Below are positions 1 through 12,700 of a stretch of DNA of 64,000 nt, piece by piece. Under the pieces are notes generated by a model, which was not told the origin of the DNA, ran no database searches, and was given only the letters and a program-made list of their open reading frames with translations. The position numbers and the translations under genes were made by a program. How positions within the stretch are numbered: position 1 is the first letter of the stretch; every line of letters starts with the position of its first letter. This stretch comes from Pseudogymnoascus verrucosus (lineage: Eukaryota), in the NCBI GenBank assembly GCA_001662655.1, contig KV460248.1; one strand, 5' to 3'.

Positions 1-976
1 ATCCACAGTTCGTGCTGTCCCGGCTTTGCGCTGAAAAGATGTTAGCCTGAGCACACAACGATGATTGAGATGGCTTACTTGTGAGCAAACCAAGTGCATT
101 CGGTCTGTGTTGAATTGGCAACCTTTGGGCAATCCGGTGGTACCGCTTTCCAAGTGTTAGCTGGGCCAATAATCTTGCAAGTGTGGACTTACCTTGTGTA
201 TAATAAGCACATTGGATCACTACCTTTCACATTGTCACGTAGTTCGTTTCCTGGTCTTTGCGCCGGCAGCGTAACAACGACGCTCTTTGCATCCTCTAGA
301 TTCACACATCTCATGTTCAGCTGTCCCTCGATCACCGACTTGGATTCGTTGATTCTCGCTTGGAGGGCCTCATCGGCGTCAACCAGAAGTATAGTTGCAC
401 CGCTGATCTTGAGGCAATGCACAAGTGCCTCACCTGCGAGGTTGTAGTTGATTAGGGCAGGCGCAGACCCAATAGACCACAGGGCAAGCCAGATTAGCAT
501 GAAGTCGGGGGAATTCTGAAGGTAGACTCCAACGAGGTCCTTGGGCTTAACGCCCTCGGCCAGAAACCACTGGGCGTACTGGTGGACGCGATCGTAGGCC
601 TGGGTCCAGGTGTAGCAACCTTCGCGGGACCATATGCACTCGTTATTCCCCCTTCGCAGCGCGCTTTCCTCCCAGAGGTAATAGAGACTGGCCTGCTTTC
701 TCGCCACTAGGTATTGTCAGATATGAAGTTTTTGATGGCAAACAGTAAATACCGGCTTCTTCCCAAATCTGCCCGCCACGTTTAAAGCCCTTCAACGCTT
801 TTATATCAGCCGCAATTCCAGTTTTGGCATCGATGTACATGGCGGCGGCAGTGGTGCCAGCAACCACTGCGGCTGCTGCGGCTGTTCCATATTGAAGTTA
901 GCATCGCGGAAATTTCATACACAATAGCATTCTAAAAAAGCTTGATTCATTCTGTCCAGATACCATCAGATATCAT
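1..976 (-). CDS. Very-long-chain acyl-CoA synthetase / fatty acid transport protein (FATP/Fat1/CefD1-like), 5' part; runs off the window edge
   Basis: Spliced reading MISD|A..AAAMYIDAKTGIAADI..|..YTWTQAYDRVHQYAQWFLAEGVKPKDLVGVYLQNSPDFMLIWLALWSIGSAPALINYNL..LLYT|SGTTGLPKG. The AMP-binding motif YTSGTTGLPK is split by an intron. Exon 1 (ATG at 976) is inferred from splice signals. Confidence 0.88.
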
Positions 977-1699
977 CAAATCCCACATATTTATCATCAA
1001 CGGCTCCAGACCTTGGAACTCCGCTGATAATGTTATGTTGGTGATTTGGACAAGAATGCCTGTGGTGGGGTGCGGCAGTTGGGGCAAACGTGGGGAAGTG
1101 TGGGGAAGCGTACCGAAAGCCATGTCAGCAAAGTACGAGTCTTATTTCGAGGTGAATACGAAGAGAGTAGTATATAGCGATATAGAATGTACAGAACTGT
1201 AAGGACAAATTCGAAATATTAACAAGCAGTATGAAGGGCCAGTTTGAAATGGCCATCCATCTCTCTTTATTCATCCAAACGCGATCCTGGTGTGTACTAA
1301 CCTACAGAGAGACTAAAGCGCCGAGGTCCATCACTGACGCTGCAATAACCACGGCTAATAGGCAGCTAACCCCGCATAACATACACCTTGTCAGTGTTTT
1401 TGACCTTTGATCGTAGCTATATGTATGTTATGCACTCTAATAATCCATGAATAATACATCATCACAGGCTCAGTGCTCGGCAATTTTTGATCCGTAAGCC
1501 CGTTTATTTATTAGTTATTCGCTATATCGTTACTTTCGTCAACGCCCCTATGTCAGGAGCGCTAGCTAGAATACAAGGAGCCAGAACGAATGCGTACATT
1601 CACTCCAACTTTTCCATCCCAACGCCAGGCCATTTCCCCCCTTTCTCCACAAAGCCAATCCATATCTCACCGTCTCAAATCTAATTTCCCCGCGGGGGT

Positions 1700-2828
1700 T
1701 TAAGGTCGGCTCAGTGCCCACATAAAAACGAACTGGACGATATAAGAGTATAGGAAGAGGAACTGGGTTCGGCGGTTCTTCTGTGACCGTGCAACCGTAT
1801 GCATGGCCCCTCTGGAATTGTCCGTTGAGTTCTCTGGAAGGAGAACGTATTTGAGAGAGCGTAGCTAATTTTTGGTTAGAGAGTGCAATTCATAGGTCGG
1901 TTCATGACTTACCAAGAAGAACGCGTTTGCTAGGAATGTGTATCCGAATATCGTCCACCCCGCCCATCCCCCGGTACCTTGGCCTCTGTTTATTATTTCG
2001 CTGAGGACGAGTGTGACAATGATGCCAACAAATTTATATCCTGAATAGGCCACTAAATCAAGCAATTGTGAGTCGTTTGATATCGAAAGCAGATAGCTTC
2101 CTAGCTTGAGACCCAGGATCTCCAAGAATACAATTGCGAAGGCGGCCGACGCTGTGTAACCAAGTAGTTCAGGTTGGAACGCACCACGCAGGCCGGCGAG
2201 GAGAGTAGACAACAGAATGTATGTGACAAAAGCCATGACTGTCATAATGTCAACGAGAGCACTGGCTGGGGGCGCAATAGCTTCCTCTTACCTGGAATGT
2301 ACATATCCGGGCTGTTTAGATCTTCTCTTGGAGGCAAAAACCAGCCCTCTTGTCCATTCGGTCCAATTGTTTGCTTTCGCGACCATGGCTTGTGCCTCCA
2401 AGGGAAGAGCACCAGGAACAATTTATTGACAACGTAAGAGTTCGAGACATCGAAGTAATGCTTGAGAGCCGAGACATTAATGTAGCGATTAAACTACTGC
2501 GCGTTAGCTTCTGTAGGAATAACTTTGTTTATACTCTTACATTTTGCTCGACGTATTCCTGTCCATGTTTCAACGCTGTTTGGCCAACTTGGAATCCCAT
2601 CTGAGCTGTCTGGTCATTCATAAATCCTCCATATGCGCCAAACGCATGACTAGGAGCTGCTGCTCCAGGTCCAGCCTGCTGTTGATAGGGATTGCCATAT
2701 CCTGACTGCTGCTGGGGGACTGGCGGGGGAGGGGAACGGAGCTGAGGTACGGTCGAAACATGCTGCGGGACTGGATGATGTAAAGGCGGCGAGTTTGGAG
2801 GGGGTTGCCCATATGTAGGTCGCTGCAT
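1700..2828 (-). CDS. YIF1: ER-Golgi transport protein Yif1 (Hrf1 family), multi-exon
   Basis: Pro/Gln-rich N-terminus, then AQMGFQVGQTALKHGQEYVEQN|FNRY..LKHYFDVSNSYVVNKLFLVLFPWRHKPW..REDLNSPDMYIP|VMAFVTYILL..DLVAYSGYKFV..|LRSLKYVLLP. Stop TAA at 1700-1702. Confidence 0.95.
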
Positions 2829-3080
2829 CGTGAAGCTTTATAGAGTATATCGGAATTGTTGTTTCAAGTAGATATCTCAAAAGTCAATAATCGCCGCCTA
2901 GAGCTGTTTAGATGGTGGGAGTAGCTTACCTCTTGAAATGTGTCCGTGGATAGTAAAGGAGAGCTTTACCTGATTCGGCGAATTTTCTGCCACCGCCTTC
3001 CCTCATACATCTTCAGTATAGATGATAAGTGTCACTGATGGAAGGGATAAGAACATCTTGAATAGAGCGCCGAATTCACC

Positions 3081-5318
3081 ATGTTGGATACTTTTGAGAT
3101 TGTCACAACTTCCGGTGTTGTGTTGTGGTCAAGGACATACACTCCGACCAGCCCAGCTATTATCAACGGCCTCATCAAGAATGTCTTCATCGAGGAGCGC
3201 ACACGCGCCGGTGGCGCTGGTGCTTCAGACGACATTTCTGCTGCCAATAACCCCCCTTACAAGCACGACCAGCATACTCTAAAATGGACGACAGTGAAGG
3301 AGTTAAATTTGATCTTTGTTGTGAGTAAATTGAAAACAGTCATATATACATGTTCTAATTGCGCATGTAGGCTGTGTACAGATCACTCCTCCACCTTTCC
3401 TGGATCGACAAACTCGTGGACAATATAAAGATTCTATTTGTCGACCTCTATGGCGACCAACTTAGAAAGCCGCATACCACTGGTGTTGAGGTCCATTTTG
3501 ACAAATACTTCGACCAGCAAATTCGAGAACTGGAAGCTACTGTGGCAACTCACGACTTATCAGTACCGTCGACCCCGCCTCGTTTCGACCAGAAACTGGC
3601 TCCGGGAGACGATGAGCCACCCCCCATTCCCGGCCTTCTATCACGAGGTATGCCGCCTGTTACAACTTGACTATAACTCCAAGAAAGCTAATTTTTGCAT
3701 AGGTCAATCGAGACAAACCAACTTGACATCCAGCGAATCCACACCCATTGCCACTCCAGACACCTCGAGGCCTTCGACTCCATCCAGCCACATCCTAACA
3801 ACGAAAGGTGGACCAGGAGGGAAAATATCCAGACGGGCACGGAAGACAAATCTTGTCTCATCCGGAGACGAAGCTTCGCGAAAAGCCAAGGGAGGAAAGG
3901 CTCCCACTACCAAAAAGGGCCGTCGCTGGGACGCAGACGGTAATGCTGATGAGGATGATGACACCCAGTTGGATTATTCTATTCCGTCAATTGATGTCAC
4001 AAGCGATGGGGAGGTGGAAGGCGGCAATTTGCCCGGGGCAATGGAGGCTGTTGATCAGGAATCGTGGGGCTCGCGGACAGGCAAGGGCCAGTTTGTGTTG
4101 AAAGATCTTGACGATCAAGTTCATGCTATATTGTCCTCTGCCGACTCAAAGAAGGCCGCCGCAGCCACTGCGCCAGCTGGAATCGTTGGCTCCAGTTTGT
4201 CAGCTATCGGGGGGTTGTTCAGGAATGTCGTTGGTGGCAAGGTGTTGTCGAAAGCAGACCTTGACAAGGCTATGAAGGGAATGGAAGACCATCTCCTGAA
4301 GAAGAATGTTGCTCGCGAAGCCGCGATGCGGTTGTGCGAGGGTGTGGAGAGAGAGTTAATCGGGACCAAGACTGGGAACTTTGAGAGCACGGAGGCGAGG
4401 ATTCGCGCCGCAATGGAAGTCTCCCTGCAAAAGATCCTAACCCCCTCAACATCCCTCGATCTCCTCCGCGAAATCGACGACGTAACATCACCCTCGACCG
4501 TCTCGCTCAAGAAAGCTCGCCCCTATGTCATCTCCATTGTCGGCGTCAACGGCGTCGGGAAATCCACCAACCTCTCCAAAATCTGCTTCTTCCTCCTGCA
4601 AAACAAGTACAAAGTCCTCGTCGTCGCCTGCGATACCTTCCGTTCCGGCGCCGTGGAGCAGCTGGCCGTCCATGTGCGCAACTTGAAGGAGTTGAGCGCG
4701 AGAGAGGGGGGACAGGTCGAGCTCTACCAGAAGGGGTATGGTAAGGATGCTGCGAGTGTTGCGAAGGATGCGATTACGTTTGCGGCGCAGGAGAAGTTCG
4801 ATGTGGTTCTGATTGATACTGCTGGACGGCGCCATAATGACCAGGTGAGTTGAGTTGTCAAGGAGGTGCGTGTGAATGTTGCTAATATGTGTAGCGTTTG
4901 ATGTCCTCCTTGGAGAAGTTTGCAAAGTTTGCGAACCCTGATAAACTCCTGATGGTTGGTGAGGCACTGGTGGGCACTGATTCCGTTGCTCAAGCAAGGA
5001 ACTTCAATGCTGCATTTGGTGCTACTCGCAGGCTGGATGGGTTTATTATATCGAAGTGCGACACCGTTGGCGATATGGTAAGCTCTCTCCCTGAAGCTAT
5101 ATATGCCTCATGACTAATATATCCTCCTAGATTGGAACTCTCGTTTCCATGGTACACGCATCGGGAACACCCGTTCTCTTCGTGGGTATGTGACAACTCG
5201 CCCTTCTGTTAACGTGAGACAATATGCTAATTTATTCACAGGTGTTGGGCAGCACTACTCTGACATTAGGAGTCTGAACGTCAAATGGGCAGTCGACAAG
5301 CTCTTGAGCCCAGTCTGA
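3081..5318 (+). CDS. SRP101: Signal recognition particle receptor alpha subunit, multi-exon
   Basis: N-terminal longin/SRX region (MLDTFEIVTTSGVVLWS), SRP GTPase motifs GVNGVGKSTNLSK, CDTFRSGAVEQL, DTAGRRH and SKCDTV, and C-terminal GVGQHYSD. Confidence 0.96.
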
Positions 5319-5725
5319 TGCGCAATGTAATATAGGAAACTATCTTCACGTCGTGCAGGTGGATGCTTGCAATGATATATGTATTATCCAACCAGTTCAT
5401 TGACAGTGTACTTGCAGTGATATTTTCCTTTCTATACAGACCACGAGATAGTCCTGGTGATACTCGAGGCTCCTAAGTCTTCCAACTATGCTTGTACATA
5501 TGCCTAGTGGCATCCTAGAACCATAGGGTAGTACATAAAGCCGAACAGTCCCATCCTACACTTGCACCGGAAAACCGACCAGGCAACGTGACTGTGGCTC
5601 TCTAGACCTCCTGAACAACCCACCCCCATCGGCCAGGCCGCTACCTCAGACTGGAGCGCTGGGCGTCAGTGCAGGTTTCTCATGCCTCCTATCCCACAAA
5701 CAGAGAACTGACTCTACTTGGCCCC

Positions 5726-6766
5726 TCAACCCTTCAACACATTCTTCCACTCCACCCATCTCTTCTCCGCCAGCTTTATCAAACTCCCCATCTGCTCCCT
5801 CCCTAGCACCGCCCCTCCAACCTTCTCAACCCCAATCAACCTCGTCTCCCCACTAGCACAATCCAACAACACCGTAACAGTCTCCTCACACAACCCCTCC
5901 TCAAACATATCCGGATCAACCAACACCCAGAACTCCCCCCTTTTCCCCTGCCCCTCCTTCGCCCTGAAAACCGCAAACCCAACCGCAACAGGCAACCCCC
6001 TCAACTCCAACCTCTTCGCCTCGCTCACTTCATCCGAACACACCACAGCCTGCCGATCCTCCGCCCATCTCGCAGCGGGTAAATACACATCCTGCAACGC
6101 CCCCAGCACCGCCGCCCACGCAGCCTCAAACGCATTCCCATCCAGCGAGATGAAGAGGATATCAATATACAGCACCCAAAACGCCTTAACCTCGCTCCCC
6201 TCCTCCTTCTCTCCCTCCTCATCCTCCTCCTCCTCCCCATCCACAACCGGTCCCCAGATCTTCAGACACTCATCCCCCACCAACGCACTAGCATGTAACA
6301 GCGCATACACGCGCGCTACCAGCTCCTGCGCCATCTTACTCGGTGGCATCCCCGGCAAAAACTCCGGCGCGCACCCCGTCGCAAGCTCAATATTCGGGAC
6401 GAGCAAATCCAGTTCCTGCGCTGTGCTCTTCATGCCCCCCTTATGGCGCGTCCCGGACGTAGTAACAGTAGCAGGAGCAGCACCGCCAGCGAGGCGCGTC
6501 TCAGAGTACCCCACAGCATCAGCCAACACCACCTCGCCGCGGACGCCGCAGACGGCAGTCGTGTCGCCTATGCGGATCACGGCGCTGCCGTTGGCGTGGG
6601 TGAGGGAGCCTTTGTGGGTGTGCGGGGGGCGCGGGGAGGTGGGGAGGCGGGCGTTGGCGCGGGTGGGGGAGGGGGTGTTGAGGTGCGCGAGGAGGTAGGA
6701 GTGAGGGGCGAGTTTTGCGAAGGTTGGGCGGGGGAAGGTGAGGGTTTGGGGGGCAGTGGTGGTCAT
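5726..6766 (-). CDS. RRP43: Exosome complex component Rrp43 (RNase PH fold), intronless
   Basis: RANAR..GSLTHANGSAVIRIGDTTAVCGVRGE, LVPNIELATGCAPEFLPGMPPS, WVLYIDILFISLDGN and VDPDMFEE motifs. Confidence 0.9.
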   Translation of the reverse strand: MTTTAPQTLTFPRPTFAKLAPHSYLLAHLNTPSPTRANARLPTSPRPPHTHKGSLTHANGSAVIRIGDTTAVCGVRGEVVLADAVGYSETRLAGGAAPATVTTSGTRHKGGMKSTAQELDLLVPNIELATGCAPEFLPGMPPSKMAQELVARVYALLHASALVGDECLKIWGPVVDGEEEEDEEGEKEEGSEVKAFWVLYIDILFISLDGNAFEAAWAAVLGALQDVYLPAARWAEDRQAVVCSDEVSEAKRLELRGLPVAVGFAVFRAKEGQGKRGEFWVLVDPDMFEEGLCEETVTVLLDCASGETRLIGVEKVGGAVLGREQMGSLIKLAEKRWVEWKNVLKG

Positions 6767-6963
6767 GGTTGGTGATGAGGGTGGTTGGTGCGCGCGGAGG
6801 CGGATTGGGATGGTTGTGAGGGTGTCTCAGGGGAATTGGCTAGACAGGATTGAGTGGCTGGTGTTGGATTGTTTGGGTGGGTGGTCTTGGGTTCAGCGCA
6901 GGCGTTTGCGTGGTGAAGTTGTGGTTTTGAGGTTGTTGATGCGGCGTGGATTATTTTCGATTG

Positions 6964-7083
6964 GCGATAACGATATTTCTTATCGCGGGCACGTGAATTG
7001 GAATCGTGGGGTTCAGTTATCACAACACATTTAGGAGAACACAGCACCATCGCATCAAACCCAAATAAAGGCTAAATTTTTCA
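6964..7083 (-). promoter_or_regulatory. Ribosome-biogenesis promoter elements upstream of RRP43: PAC-like GCGATAAG (6979-6986, minus strand), GCGATAAC (6964-6971) and RRPE TGAAAAATTT (7074-7083, minus strand)
   Basis: Motifs read directly 200-320 bp upstream of an rRNA-processing gene. They resemble the yeast PAC (GCGATGAG) and RRPE consensus sequences. Confidence 0.55.
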
Positions 7084-7870
7084 TACGAGGAATAATTGAT
7101 GTGGTTAAGGTATCTAATACTACTTAACCCAACTATCCACAGAATGAACCCAATATCTCCTTCATCACAGCTAAAAACGGCTTTTGGTTACCACTCATAC
7201 GAAGGCTACTTACATGCCTTCCCACCCCTAACAACAACTTTACTTACCCCTAGATAAACCCTCACAAACCACACCAACACAACTCCCTGCCCAACATCAG
7301 GCCAAGCATGCGTCTTATTTTACATTCTAGACCCCTCCCATCTCATCTCCGCACGCACGAACCCCTCATCCCTACCTCGTGGCTCCATCATTAGGATCGT
7401 GTACCAGGCCGGCCGGGGTCACCGGGCGGACGGGCCGAGTGAGTCGGTTCTTGGTTGGGTGCTTGGCTGGGCTGGGCTGGGTGGGTGGTATGGTGCTTTA
7501 TGTTTGGGGGCGGAGGCTTGTTGGAAGGAAGGAATGGGGGCGCCTGGTGCAGTGTAAACCACACACGGAAAGCCAAGATGGTGTACCTGGAAATTTGACG
7601 TCGCATGGCAATTCCGCGGCAAGAAGACGGTTTACGGTATGGAGATAGATGCGTTGAAGGGATTGGACTACGGCGATTCACAAAAGTCACCAAAATGGGC
7701 AGGAAATAGACAATCACAGCAAGGAGAAAAATCAAGGTAGGAGAACACATTTCCAATTAAAACTTCCTAAGTAAAGTCGCACTCATCCAAAGGAATGTAT
7801 CTCTCCGACTATCTATCTAAACAACACACTACACCAAGAAAGCGGCTGGCGCAAAAAGCAATCAGCACGC

Positions 7871-9759
7871 TCAAAGAATGGCTGCAAGGCCCGTCTTCTC
7901 GACGTTGTCCACGTGGATAACGTTGGAGTTGACATCGAGCTCGAGCTTCTTGCGCTCGGTGGAGGCCTTGCGGGGGTTCTTGGAGTGGAAGATGGCGTCG
8001 AGTTCCTCGAGCTAAGAAAGGGTGTGTTAGTTTGTGGTATAGTAAGGGGAGGGGTGAAGATAAACATACTGTGCGGTTCTTGGTCTCGGGAACGAAGTAC
8101 CAGATGAGACCAGCCTGGACGGCACACCACACCAAGAAGACGATGTAGGTCTTCCAGGCGATGTTGACGAGGGAGACGGAGACACCAAACTGGTTGGCGA
8201 GGAGGCCGATGGATGTGAACAAGTTGGAGAAGGCCATTCCCTTGGCGCGCATCTCGAAGGAGAGGACCTCGACGGGGTAGAGAGCCTGCATTGGGGTCCA
8301 GCCGAAGGAGTAGCAGATCTGGAAGATGTAGACCCAGGCGAGGACGGCCTTGGAGACAGGGCTGGGGATGCTGGCGAGATACTCCGGGGTACTGTTCTCT
8401 TGGACATTGGCGATGGAGGTGGCGACTGTGATACCGACCCAGCACAAGCAACACGCGAGGTTGACACAGATCAGCATGGGGCGGCGACCAAAGCGGTCAA
8501 CCTGGGTGGCACCAAAGCCGGCGAAGACGATCTGGATGGCGTTCATACCGAGCTGGACGTTGATCTGGGTGGTCTGGCCGCGGATACCAGCAGTGTCGAG
8601 GAACTTGCTGAGGTAGTAAGATACGATACCGTTTCCGGCCCATTGCCCGAAGAGGGAGATGATGCAGCTCATCAGGAGGCGGTAACGGGAGGCGCGATCG
8701 CGGAAGAGCGCCCGGTAATCCCACCAGGTGCGGTCGGTACCATCGATCTCCAAGTGAGTCTCGTACTCCATCATCTGCAGCTTGACCCACTCGCTGTTGG
8801 GGTTGCCCTGACCGTGGTACTTGGTGAGGGTGGCCTGTGCCTCGACGACTCGGCCGCGGACGTACATCCATCTGGGAGACTCGGGGAGGAACCAGGCCAA
8901 GAGGACGATGAGACCGGGGAACATCATCTGGAGCCACACTGGGATGAGCCACTGGGTGTTGCCGGTGTACGTGAGGCCACCGCGGGCGGCACCAGTGGCA
9001 ACGAGGGCTCCGACGGGCCAGAAGACGTTGTAGAGGCCGGTCGTCACACCACGGTGAGCTGGGTGGGACATCTCGACGACGTAGGTTGGGCCAGCGGACC
9101 CGATGATCCCGACACCGAAACCGAGGAGGAAACGGCCGCCCATGAACTGACCGACGCTGTGGGTAGCGATGCAAGTTCCCTGGATGATAACACCGATGAC
9201 GATAATAAGGCCTGCGATGAACATGCCGCCGCGTCTTCCCCAGGTATCAATGGCGGGACCGATGAAAGGAATAGCGACAACACTGCCGATTTGGTACATA
9301 GAGGTGACGATACCTGTGGTTTGGTCAGATTTATGAGCCAGCTGAAGTAGAGGATCAGCACTTACCAGTCCAGGCGCCAGCGTTGGCGACATGGAAGAAA
9401 CCCTTAAAGTTTTCGTTGGCGAGAAGGGTGCCGAAGAGAGATCCATCATATCCGTTGGTGGTAGAGCAGAAGAAGCCGACACCGACGACGAGGTAGAGCA
9501 TAAAAGAGTGGGAGCTGAAGGGGCGCGGGGGCTCCTTGAGCATGGCCTGCTGGAAGGCCTCATCACCAATTACCACCTTGACGGCGGCAACGGTATCCTT
9601 ATCGAGCTATAGCAGCAGTCAGTACTCGTGATCGGCGTTTTGCGGGGGTGATGGCGCTCCATGAGCGGAGGAGGAGAGGCAGGAGCTTGAACATACATCA
9701 TCCTGAGTAATGCTTTGGTGGTCGGCCTTGAGGTCCTTGAGATCCTTGATGTCCGACAT
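7871..9759 (-). CDS. MFS sugar porter of the lactose/cellodextrin permease clade (T. reesei Crt1 / A. nidulans LacpB-like), 4 exons
   Basis: MLKEPPRP..FFCSTTNGYDGSL..GIVTSMYQIG..GPAIDTWGRR..GQFMGGRFLLGFG..GAARGG..PESPRW..WWDYRALFR..QALYPVEVLSFEMRAKGMAFS..PETKNRT|LEELD. This closely follows the Crt1 sequence as I recall it. Introns have canonical signals; TGA at 7871-7873. Confidence 0.9.
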
Positions 9760-12700
9760 GGCGGCGGGTCGAGGCTTCTAAACTCTCGAGGTTGTTGATG
9801 GAGGGCGGTAGTGGTTGATGATAGAAAAAGAAAAAGAGGAAGGAGCTGGGGAAGTGGACCGTACTTATCCTGTGTGAGAAATGTGGGAACAGTGAGAAGA
9901 AGGTTGTACTCTAAGAGAATGACAGTTGATACTAGAGCTGCAGCGCCGGGGGGGGGTCCATGTTCTGTCTCACTGAACATGGAGATGATGTGAAGATGGG
10001 GCCATGGACATGGTGGATCCGCAGATAGCATGGGGATTAGAGTAGTTTGAGGGCACAACACTCCGTGAGGGCCGTGACTTTTTTGAGAGTCTGTACCATA
10101 GTATGGGGTTTAGAGAGAGAGCGGGGAGGGAACGAAGGCGGGCGGGAGTGGAGGTGCAGGGATGGATGGCGGGGGGGAGGAGATGGAGAGGGAGAGAGGC
10201 GTGATGGTGGCGCGGAGGGAACGGGCAAAGGAACCGGTAAGGCGAAGGAAGCCAGAGAGAAGGAGGAGAGAAGGAGAGAACAGGCGCAAATAGAGTGGGG
10301 AGCATGGTCGAGTGCAGCGTAGAACGCGGATCTGACGGGCTGAAGAACGAGTAGCGTCTGAGTAAAGTAGGGTTGACGCGCTGTGGTTCGTCCAACCCCA
10401 GGTTTTCGTGTTCCTAGGGGGTTGCTAAGGGGAGACTTTGGGAGGTACAGGAAGCCGGAGGCGTCAGGGGTGGCAAAGCTGTTCTGGGCGGTCGGGGCTT
10501 GACTGTTGGTTGTTGGTCTAACTGCATATAGGCACCGGGAGCACAGTTCCGTTACAAGAGACACGACGGCGAAGACGAGAAAAGAGGACGAAGCGATAAA
10601 ATGTGGAGTGCGCTATTGGCCTCTGAACTCTCTGTCACGTTTGTCTGGAATTAGGTGTAAAAGGCTGAATTGTGACTGGTTCAATTGAAGTTTGATAGAC
10701 CCATCTGCCTACTACCATGTCCCTGACAAGTGCAGACACCAGACTCGTAACGGAGTGCTTAGTTTGTACCCTTCCCCATGACAAGGACAGGACTCCTCAA
10801 TAATCGACAGCTACATTTGGATAGAGACGAGGCAGAGATGAGGGAGAATGGAGTAGGAACGGGCTGGAACGGGCAATGTCAATATTACAATTATAGAGTG
10901 GGGAAGGAAGGAACCGATATGGGGTTCTCTAACGGAATATACGGAATGTGATGGCGGCGAGGCGAGAGGGAAGGAACGAATGGTGATGGAACGGGAGGAC
11001 CACCGGCCCTGTGATGAATGATCATGATGCGTGATGTGATGAGTGATGTGATTACAGCATCCTACGTGTCCTCGCTCGTAGTCAGTCTACTTGCATATTC
11101 TATACTCGAAGAGGTGTCATTCTCAGTCTCAGTCTCAGTGCCAGTGTCAGTGCCAGTCTCAAACTGTGGTAGGCTTCATATGTCTCAGACCGCCACAGCG
11201 CTACTTTTCTAACTACTGCAGCACTATAGCAGCTATAGAAGCTATAGTATACGCCGTCGCACCGGCATATTGTTCTCGAAGGTGTCATGGAAGGAATAAC
11301 TGACGTCCAAGCTTTTCTTCTTCAGCCATGCGCCGGCTCACTAGCCTTGGCCGTCCTGGTTTCATGCCGTGTACTCTACTATAGCACAGCACTATATCCA
11401 CGTGGAATTAGTTGGGTGGGAAAGCACTTTACGAAGGGGGAAAGGAAGGGGAAGAAGGTGTGTAGTTGGTGGAAGCGCTGGAAGGGGCGTCGAAGGGAGC
11501 GTGCAGCTGACTAGGATGATGCATGATTAGAGTACTATACAGCACTCTTCACAGTAAAGAGACGCACATCACTCTAAAGTGCTCCATACAGAGATGCGTC
11601 CAACACTATAACAAGTCAATATTTGGCTTCCATGGCTGCGTCGATAAAGTGCATTTACGGCGAGCGACAACCCCTCCAACAGTCTACACAGTCCATACCA
11701 ACAAATCACCATCCAACCCCCCGGTTCAGCGGCCGACTAGGGCAAGTGTCAGACTCAGACACACGACCTAGAACATTTTCAGCTGCAGCCAATCTTGCCG
11801 CCCCAGCACCCAACTAGAGCTACCCACACCGGCATGGAGTGCGGAGTATTCTCTGGCTCTCCACTCATCGATCCTTACTAGTGGTAGTTTAGTTGTAGTT
11901 GGGAGGCGTCGCGTTGGTCTAACCCTCTTTCTGCGCGGAGAAATAGGCCCGAATATTGATGTCAGATGTTTGTTGGACATGGCGCTGGGAATTGGGCACG
12001 CATAGAGCACTCTATCTCATCCAAACTCGCAGGGAGGCACAAGGAGGGTATTGATTGTTGTGCATCGTATCGATCTTTCCTTGGGATGCACTGATTCTTG
12101 GCTATCCAAGGGCTTCACTTCTCGATTTCTGCTTTGACATGTACAGTACACATCATCACGACTTCCCATTGTGCTTACTACTCAAATACGAAGTCACGCC
12201 GTATCCTTCTCTCCCTTCCATCACAAGCCGTATACAGCATCCCCACTGCCTCTCTCCTACTCAAATGCCCTAACTCCTCCTCCTCTCCCTCCGCCGATTA
12301 TCACCAAAATACCTCCTCCGTTCGTACGCATCCAGCCCATCCATCCCTCCTCCCCTCCCTCCGCTCCCCACTCCACCAACCGGAGAAACCCCCTCCCTCT
12401 TCCCAAGAAAAAAAATCCCCAAAGCGCCACACGCTGCCCGTCTTCCGTCTTGGCCAAAGCGGGAACAAACGAGCTGGGCTGCTGCCGTGTTTTGACAAGG
12501 GGGCGCCATGGATAGGGACGTCGACGCGAGACCTCTCACCAATCTCCACCAATCTCGTCTAATCTCCCCTCACACACTGGGTTTTGCACGAGATCATAAG
12601 CCCATGCAGATGGTGCTTGACGGTGGTCAAGCTTGGCTCGTCCCGGTGGAGGTGAAGGGGGAGTGGTGCTTATACTGAAGTGTGTGTATGGAGACATGGA

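Noticed and set aside
5718..6698. 326-aa + strand ORF antisense to RRP43
   Set aside because: Shadow ORF caused by codon bias. It is Ser/Pro-rich with no motif.
8400..9350. 316-aa + strand ORF antisense to the sugar permease
   Set aside because: Typical antisense open frame of a gene with high GC at third positions.
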